Source: Thermoplasmata archaeon (GTDB lineage Archaea > Thermoplasmatota > Thermoplasmata > Methanomassiliicoccales > Methanomethylophilaceae). From it: DNA of 64,000 nucleotides. The notes beneath the pieces are model-generated. The model was not told where the DNA came from. It did no database searches and saw only the letters and a program-made list of their open reading frames with translations. A program made the position numbers and the translations under genes. Positions 57,804 through 64,000 of this stretch are shown here, one piece after another (the first letter of the stretch is position 1; each line of letters begins with the position of its first letter). Location of the stretch: NCBI GenBank assembly GCA_015063245.1, contig SUSV01000003.1, positions 98,751-162,750 of the forward strand, given 5' to 3'.

Positions 57804-58805
57804 TCAGGCCTTTCCTTCCTTCTTAGATCTGAATCTTTTTCTCTGGGTATTCAGCCTGTTCTTATGAAGCGCAGCGAAATCCAGCTCCTTCCCGAAGATC
57901 ATAGGCATGGCCATGTTGGGCTGGACCTTGTCGTACACCGGTATCCTGAAGCACTGTCCGTGCTCGCCGAAGAGCTTGACAGTGCTGCCGTCATAGGTGA
58001 TCATGCTGAGTCTCATCAGCACACTGTCGAAGTTACGGTTGTACACCCTCGATTCGATCTTCAGTCTGATGTTGCCATCTTTCTTGTGGAGCGACAGCGG
58101 CCTCTTTCCGGTCTCGTTGCTTCTGAGTATCACTGTCGTGACCTCGGATTCGCTGTCCTTGAATCCTGCGATCTTCTCTGCATCCTCCTTCAGGAGGTAG
58201 GCATCTCTGACGCAGATGAGCGAGGTCTCGGACACCTTCATGTTGTATTTGTTCCTCTTGTTCAGGTCCACGAATCCCAATGTGCTGTCGGAGGCTACGA
58301 TCACCACCGATGTGCTCAGGGCCAGGATGAGGATCATGGTCTTCATCGACAGGGATTTCGAGATGAGCTCCATGTCGTTGAATAGCGCACCTGCCAGGAT
58401 GATGAACGCTACGGCGGCCGCCGCCATAGCCAGGAACCTCAGTCTTGCGATGTTGTAGAGATATCCTGCCCATAGGTTGATCGACATCATTATCAGAGCG
58501 ATACCGCTGACGAGCATAGGCATGGCCATGAAGATCTGGTCATCATCATTCTCGATATGGGGCACGGCAAGAAGGATCACGTATACCCCGATGAAGAATG
58601 TTGAGGTGGAGAGGGCATCCTTCAGGGAGAACCTCATCGCTACCAGGATGCCTGCCGCACCGATATACAGCGATACTGCGGCATATATCGACCAGTTTGC
58701 CGTATCGTTGTCGAAATAGTTCGACATGGTGGATATTCCCACCAGGACCATGGTTATCATCAGGAGTATGGCCTTAGAGAATCTCGATAATGCTATTATC
58801 TTCAT
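57804..58805 (-). CDS. Membrane protein, about 6 TM plus soluble C-terminal domain
   Basis: Hydropathy pattern; host-like codon usage. Confidence 0.7.
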   Translation of the reverse strand: MKIIALSRFSKAILLMITMVLVGISTMSNYFDNDTANWSIYAAVSLYIGAAGILVAMRFSLKDALSTSTFFIGVYVILLAVPHIENDDDQIFMAMPMLVSGIALIMMSINLWAGYLYNIARLRFLAMAAAAVAFIILAGALFNDMELISKSLSMKTMILILALSTSVVIVASDSTLGFVDLNKRNKYNMKVSETSLICVRDAYLLKEDAEKIAGFKDSESEVTTVILRSNETGKRPLSLHKKDGNIRLKIESRVYNRNFDSVLMRLSMITYDGSTVKLFGEHGQCFRIPVYDKVQPNMAMPMIFGKELDFAALHKNRLNTQRKRFRSKKEGKA

Positions 58806-59838
58806 CGTCGTCCACCTCCTCGTTCTTTGGTTCCTTCAATGTGACGGGGCCGTCATGCTCCCATCTCATCCTCTTCCTCAGCGTCTGTGACCTGTGATTG
58901 TCGAAGCTCATCATTATCAGGTCGTCCACCCTGTCGAGTTCCAGGATCCTGAACACCATGGGGTTCAGCATCGAGCCCTCGCGATGGCTGTTGAATGAGA
59001 TGTAGACCGGCCCTTCCGCCGAATCCCATCTCTGCATCGTGACATATCCCTCGATCTGCCTGTCATAGTATGTGAAGTCATATTGGGCAAACACGCGCCC
59101 ATCTGTTTCCAGATGCTGTGTCTCGAAGGCGGGATCCTTGTTGTAGAACCTTTCGACGTCGTCGAGGACGCCCTCATCCGCGCACATGTCGATCCCCTTC
59201 CCGTTGCTCAGACGGTATCCTGTGAAAAGTGCATCCATATGGACCGGCATGGTGGACAGACGGATCTCCTCCGACCATGCCAGACTGAGATAGATCATGT
59301 ATAGGCTCAGCTGTACCAGGTTGAACCTGTTTTCGTAGAGGAACTGGGACGGCCTGACACCGTCCGTTATGCTCATGTGATAGTCGAGGATGAGATCGAT
59401 GGACAGTACGAATATGAAGAAGAACGATCCCATGATGATGAACCTGACGGACCTGGAGTTCCCGGTCAGGTACCTGTATCCGGAATACATGAGGTTCAGA
59501 CCCATGAGCGTGAGGATCAGGTAGATGTAGGCGATGTAGATGAAATCGCCTTTCGTCATATCGATGAAATACGTGACCGCCCTCGAGAATCCCAGAGATA
59601 TGGCATAGAGACCGACTGCGAAGAATATGCTGTTGTGCCTGTCGAGCAGGACCAGGACTCCGCAGATCAGCGGGACGACGTAGATGATGATGTATTTCAG
59701 CGAATCATAGTTCTCGACGGAACGCTGGGCACCGAAAATGGAGTAGAGGATCAGCAGTACCGATATCATTTTGATGAGCAATACTAACCCATTGTTCATG
59801 ATCAGCCTCGTAATGAGACGTGGCGACCAGCTACTCAT
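58774..59838 (-). CDS. Membrane protein, about 6 TM plus soluble C-terminal domain
   Basis: Hydropathy pattern; TATA-like box about 28 nt above ATG 59838 (ATG 59799 alternative). Confidence 0.7.
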   Translation of the reverse strand: MSSWSPRLITRLIMNNGLVLLIKMISVLLILYSIFGAQRSVENYDSLKYIIIYVVPLICGVLVLLDRHNSIFFAVGLYAISLGFSRAVTYFIDMTKGDFIYIAYIYLILTLMGLNLMYSGYRYLTGNSRSVRFIIMGSFFFIFVLSIDLILDYHMSITDGVRPSQFLYENRFNLVQLSLYMIYLSLAWSEEIRLSTMPVHMDALFTGYRLSNGKGIDMCADEGVLDDVERFYNKDPAFETQHLETDGRVFAQYDFTYYDRQIEGYVTMQRWDSAEGPVYISFNSHREGSMLNPMVFRILELDRVDDLIMMSFDNHRSQTLRKRMRWEHDGPVTLKEPKNEEVDDDEDNSIIEIL

Positions 59839-60053
59839 GCATTTACGATAGGATTTATCAATATAATAGTTAGTCGTGAGAGCCGAAGGGGCAGCATCTT
59901 TTCCGTCATGGACGGTCCGAATCGTTGGGGACGCGGACGTGTGAGGATTTCAGCAAAGCATGAGAATGCAGGATGTGGCACTATCGTCTTTACATACTAT
60001 TTTTAAGAGTATTCAAAAGAATGTTTAAATACGCCTAAATAGAGATTCACATT

Positions 60054-60659
60054 ATGTCATTCTTTGAAGATCCTAAGAATGCCGGGATGGCAATCATTAT
60101 TGTCGGAATCCTTGAGATGGTCTTCGCGGCCATCTCGATCGTTCTCGGTCTCATCGGTATCGAGGACGACGACGGAACCAAGTACTTCACAATCGGAAGT
60201 GCTGTCGGTGCCATCGGATCCCTCATCTGTGGTTTCATCTACTTCGGTTTCGGTAAGAGAGTAAAAGGCGGAGCAATCCCCGAGAAGATCGACATCCTCG
60301 CAACATTCGTGAGGATCGTCGGAGTCTGTGTCATCATCGGAGGAATCTTCTCCTGTATCGGAAACATCGTCGACGATGTTGACGACATCGGAGGAGAGAT
60401 CGTCGGTGGAATCATCACGATCCTTCTGGGAGTCCTGATCTGCTGGGTCGCTGGCAAGATCAACGACGGAAGGCAGACAACCGGTGACAAGGTCATCTGG
60501 ATCATCCTCCTCGTGATCTTCGTCCTCTGTATCATCATGGCAGTCATCGAGATGCTCTCCATCATCGGAATCGTCTTCGGAATCTGTCACCTCATCATCT
60601 ACGTCTTCATGCTCATGCTGCTCCTCAATGCAGACGTGAAGGCCGCGATGGGAATGTGA
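60054..60659 (+). CDS. Gly/Ile-rich membrane protein, about 6 TM
   Basis: Strong ATC/GTC/GGA codon bias like rps2 and gdhA; own TTTAAATA promoter and terminator. Confidence 0.8.
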   Translation: MSFFEDPKNAGMAIIIVGILEMVFAAISIVLGLIGIEDDDGTKYFTIGSAVGAIGSLICGFIYFGFGKRVKGGAIPEKIDILATFVRIVGVCVIIGGIFSCIGNIVDDVDDIGGEIVGGIITILLGVLICWVAGKINDGRQTTGDKVIWIILLVIFVLCIIMAVIEMLSIIGIVFGICHLIIYVFMLMLLLNADVKAAMGM

Positions 60660-60681
60660 TTACCGTCCAATAAACCCTAAA

Positions 60682-60712
60682 GGGTCCGGAGAGATCCGGG
60701 CCCGATTTCTAT
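60682..60712 (+). terminator. GNRA-loop hairpin between convergent genes
   Basis: GGGTCCGGA-GAGA-TCCGGGCCC then ATTTCTATT. Confidence 0.55.
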
Positions 60713-60752
60713 TCTTCAATAATTCTGACCGTCCCAGAACAAGGGGGACAAA

Positions 60753-61763
60753 TCATCTGGAGATGTTCAGATCGCGACCGCATCTGGCGCATTTCCCGCC
60801 GTCCAATGCGATTATGTTCGCGGAATAACCGAGACGCTTTATCACGATCTCCCCGCAGTCGGGACAGACAGTATCATCGGCATCATCGATCAGGGTGTTG
60901 CCGACATACACGAAGTTCAGCCCGCACGACAGCCCAAGGTCCCTGCAGTGCAGGAGCGTCTCAACAGGGGTCATCGGGACGTCCCTCATCTCGTAGTCGG
61001 GCTGGAATCTGCTGAAATGGACGGGGACATCCTCGGAGAGGACATCCTTCACCCAGTTGCAGAAGGATGCGATCATCGTATCGGAATCATTGATCCCGGG
61101 GATGACCAGATAGTTGAGCTCGAGGTGAACGCCCCTCTCGAAGACGGTGTGGGTGTTGATCAGGACGTCACCCATGTCTCCTTCACAGATATCTTTGTAG
61201 ATGTCCTTGTCGAATGCCTTGATATCGATGCATATCGCATCGGCCACATCGCACAGTTCCTTCAGGGGGCCGTCGTTCATCCATCCGTTAGTCTGGATGA
61301 CGATATTCAGGTCCGGGGCGGTCCTGGCGACATCCATGATGAACTCGAACCAAATCGCAGGCTCGTTGTAAGTGAATGCGATGGTCTCCATTCCCTCGTC
61401 CCTGCACATCTGCACGATCTCCTCGGGGCTCTTGTACGTGGCGCGTTTCTTCCCGATGGTGAGCTTGGCGAAGGAGTAGTTCTTGCAGTACTTGCAGTCC
61501 ATGTTGCATCCGACGCTCCCGAGGGAGAAGCATTTGGAATGGGGTCTGTAATGATAGAGTCCGATCCTCTCTATCGGGTCCACGCATAGGGATGAGATCT
61601 TCCCGTAGTTGTTGGAGACCAGTATGTCGTCGTCCGCTCTGCGCGTCCCGCAGATCCCGAACTCGCCCTGTCTGATGAAGCATTTCTGCTGGCAGAGCTC
61701 GCATACGAATGCATCCCCTTCACGGCGGTAGTATCTCGCTTCGACCCTGTCAGTATTTGCCAT
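60753..61763 (-). CDS. amrS: AmmeMemoRadiSam-type radical SAM enzyme
   Basis: CELCQQKC...GICG N-terminal Cys cluster, DPIE, GCNMDCKYC (CxxxCxxC), AFTYNEP, HFSRFQPDY, C-terminal CPDCG...CARCG. Confidence 0.88.
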   Translation of the reverse strand: MANTDRVEARYYRREGDAFVCELCQQKCFIRQGEFGICGTRRADDDILVSNNYGKISSLCVDPIERIGLYHYRPHSKCFSLGSVGCNMDCKYCKNYSFAKLTIGKKRATYKSPEEIVQMCRDEGMETIAFTYNEPAIWFEFIMDVARTAPDLNIVIQTNGWMNDGPLKELCDVADAICIDIKAFDKDIYKDICEGDMGDVLINTHTVFERGVHLELNYLVIPGINDSDTMIASFCNWVKDVLSEDVPVHFSRFQPDYEMRDVPMTPVETLLHCRDLGLSCGLNFVYVGNTLIDDADDTVCPDCGEIVIKRLGYSANIIALDGGKCARCGRDLNISR

Positions 61764-62682
61764 AGTCTATGACGCTCCTCTTGCCGTCGCGCACCAGCTC
61801 CGGGTGGCCGCTGTCGTTGACCATTCCGATGATCGAGAACTCCAGCTCCATGTCGTAGAGCTTCCTGAGGCGGTCGGGGTCCGCTGTGAACATAAGCTCA
61901 TACTCCCCGCCCCATCCCAGAAGCAGCTTCTCTATCGATTCCCCCGATTCCTCGGCGATGTCATCGACATATGTCTCGCGCGGAAGGAAATCGAATTCGA
62001 CATCGATCCCTACGTTGGATGCCGAGCATATGGTCTTCAGGGCCGTCGCCAGTCCGTCCGAGAGGTCCATGCATGATGAGACTATGCCCGATTCCGACAG
62101 CTGAACGCCCTCAGCGACCCTGGGGATGGGCATGTACAGTGCGTCCTTCGCATCCTGGCAGTCGATGCCTTTGTCCAAGGCTACGAAACCCGCAGCAGGT
62201 CCTCCGAGGGGCCCTGTGACAGCGACGACATCTCCGGGCTTCGCTCCTGTCCTCAGGAGCGGTGCCCTGCCGTCCATCGACCCTATCGCAGTCCCGGCGA
62301 CGACGCCGGGCCCGGGCTTCGTATCCCCGCCGACCACGCCTGTGCCGCAGAATTCGGCGCACTGATCGATCCCGCTCATGATGTCATAGGCCGCCTGGAT
62401 GTCCAATGTCTGCGGGAGTGCCAGCGCCGCCGTGAAACCGATCGGTCTGGCGCCCATGGCGGCAAGATCGCTGAAGTTGACCGCGGCCGCATACCATCCG
62501 AACTGCTCATAGCTCATGCCGGCTGGGAAGTGCCTGTCGAACGTGACGATGTCGGTTGTGACAACTATGTCCTTTCCGATGACCGCGGCGTCATCGCCGG
62601 GGCCGACGCGGCCTTCCGGCCTGAGGAAGGATTTGAAGCCCTCGATGAGCTGGCGCTCTCCGACATCTCCGATTTGGACCAT
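61750..62682 (-). CDS. thiL: Thiamine-monophosphate kinase
   Basis: GERQLI, GDDAAV, NFSDLAAMGA, GGDT, MDLSDGL, GGEYEL; ATG 62682. Confidence 0.92.
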   Translation of the reverse strand: MVQIGDVGERQLIEGFKSFLRPEGRVGPGDDAAVIGKDIVVTTDIVTFDRHFPAGMSYEQFGWYAAAVNFSDLAAMGARPIGFTAALALPQTLDIQAAYDIMSGIDQCAEFCGTGVVGGDTKPGPGVVAGTAIGSMDGRAPLLRTGAKPGDVVAVTGPLGGPAAGFVALDKGIDCQDAKDALYMPIPRVAEGVQLSESGIVSSCMDLSDGLATALKTICSASNVGIDVEFDFLPRETYVDDIAEESGESIEKLLLGWGGEYELMFTADPDRLRKLYDMELEFSIIGMVNDSGHPELVRDGKRSVIDYGKY

Positions 62683-62826
62683 ATCGACCCGATTACACGT
62701 TCTGCAGTAAATAATGTGTCGCAGTCTCCCAGATGCCGGCATTTCAGGCAGGATGACGGCTGGTCGAGCGCGCACGCCCCTGCGAACTTATTATAATTAA
62801 GTGAGGAGTTGTCTAAGACGGTCCAA

Positions 62827-64000
62827 ATGATAATCGATGTGAAGTACGGAAAGGACGGCGTTCAGAAAGTCGACATCCCTGATGAGAACTACATGGGGAC
62901 GTATTACCCCAAAGATGTGGAATGCGGGGACCCCGATATTGTCATCGGAGAGTCTATCGACAACCCCTTGGGATACGATTCGATGGAGGATTTCCTCGCA
63001 GGAGGAGAAGACATCGTGTTCATTGTAAACGACGGAACACGCCCCACACCGACCGCCAAGGTACTGGATGCGCTCTCGAAGAGGATGGATCTCAAGAAGG
63101 CCAGGTATCTGGTGGCCACCGGTACGCACAGGGACATGACCGAGGAGGAGTACAACTTCGTCTTCGGCAAGCACTATGCAGAGCTCAAGGACCGCATCAT
63201 CTGCCACGATGCGAAGAACTCCGAATGCGTATTCCTGGGCACATCGAAGAACGGAACCCCGATGGAAGTCAACAAGATCGCCGTGGACGCGGACCGCCTG
63301 GTGATCATCACATCCGTCGAGCCCCATTACTTCGCAGGATACACCGGAGGAAGGAAGTCGTTCCTGCCCGGAGTCGCATCATTCAAGACAGTCGAGACCA
63401 ACCACAAGCTCGCGATGAGGAAGGAGGCACAGGCGCTCGCACTCGAAGGCAATCCCGTCCACGAGGACATGATGGATGCACTCGAGGTCGTCAAGGGAAA
63501 GAAGATCTTCTCCATCCAGATGGTCCTCGACAGGCATCAGAACATCTACAAGGCCGTATCGGGGGAGCTCAACGCCGCTTTCCATGAGGCTGTCAAGTAC
63601 GCCAACGAGGTGTTCTCGGTACCGATCCCCGCGAAAGCGGACATCGTCATCTCCGTCGCACCCTACCCCATGGATGTGGATCTGTACCAGTCGCAGAAGG
63701 CCCTGGACAACGGCAAGTGGGCGCTGAAGGAGGGCGGAACGATCATCATGGTCTCCAAATGCAGGGAGGGGATCGGGCATCCGACATTCCTCAACCAGCT
63801 CTCATCATCGGATGACCCCAACAAGGTCCTTGAGAACCTCAGGGCGGAGTACAAGCTCGGATACCATAAAGCGGCCAAGATGGCCGAGATCGCCACATGG
63901 GCATCCATCTGGGCGGTCACGGACCTGGACCCCGAGATCCTTTCAAAGGCCAACATCAGACCCTTCAAGACCGTCGCAGAGGCGTTCGGAGAGGCACTGA
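62827..64000 (+). CDS. larA: Nickel-pincer-dependent lactate racemase (LarA) family, truncated at window end; absent from the ORF track
   Basis: Hand translation from ATG 62827: MIIDVKYG...VNDGTRPTPT...ATGTHR...EPHYFAGYTGGRKSFLPG...DLYQSQKA...GYHKA; no stop before 64000. Confidence 0.9.
   Translation, partial: MIIDVKYGKDGVQKVDIPDENYMGTYYPKDVECGDPDIVIGESIDNPLGYDSMEDFLAGGEDIVFIVNDGTRPTPTAKVLDALSKRMDLKKARYLVATGTHRDMTEEEYNFVFGKHYAELKDRIICHDAKNSECVFLGTSKNGTPMEVNKIAVDADRLVIITSVEPHYFAGYTGGRKSFLPGVASFKTVETNHKLAMRKEAQALALEGNPVHEDMMDALEVVKGKKIFSIQMVLDRHQNIYKAVSGELNAAFHEAVKYANEVFSVPIPAKADIVISVAPYPMDVDLYQSQKALDNGKWALKEGGTIIMVSKCREGIGHPTFLNQLSSSDDPNKVLENLRAEYKLGYHKAAKMAEIATWASIWAVTDLDPEILSKANIRPFKTVAEAFGEAL

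Noticed and set aside
59875-59990. GC-rich intergenic stretch as an sRNA or 32-codon ORF
   Set aside because: Only a short CCGTC/GACGG hairpin, no convincing motif, SD or coding bias

Overview
Archaeal chromosomal segment, most consistent with a Methanomassiliicoccales (Thermoplasmata) methanogen. This placement is inferred from the gene set and protein styles, not from a database search. The window is densely coding: about 67 complete CDSs, one CDS running off the right end (LarA family) and two tRNAs (Arg-GCG, Leu-CAG). Core content: purine synthesis (purSLQ, purP, purH), serine/glutamate metabolism (class V aminotransferase, serA, gdhA), RNA modification (trm56, elp3, fibrillarin, METTL5-like, ThiI halves), proteostasis (Cdc48, PAN, Rqc2/RqcH, JAMM), DNA handling (two RPA subunits, XPD), ribosome/RNAP genes, and transporters (heterodimeric ABC exporter, MMPL, TauE, CPA2). 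Accessory traces: an AT-rich Fic gene with a flanking 12-nt tandem repeat, and decayed AbrB-like and winged-helix fragments just after tRNA-Leu. No CRISPR array, intact transposase or rRNA was seen. Most interesting signals: (1) an 85-aa Sm-like protein with a Lys-rich tail ending in an HbYX motif (YYG), coupled to elp3, a candidate ring-shaped proteasome partner; (2) ThiI split into a standalone PP-loop/CxxC catalytic gene and a distant THUMP protein with a dead PP-loop; (3) a catalytically dead phosphohexomutase; (4) twin palindromic operators flanking the MMPL promoter next to a TetR gene; (5) candidate structured ncRNAs between gdhA and purH; (6) a 55-aa Cys/Trp-rich ORF missed by the ORF track; (7) no TAG stops among the 67 complete genes.
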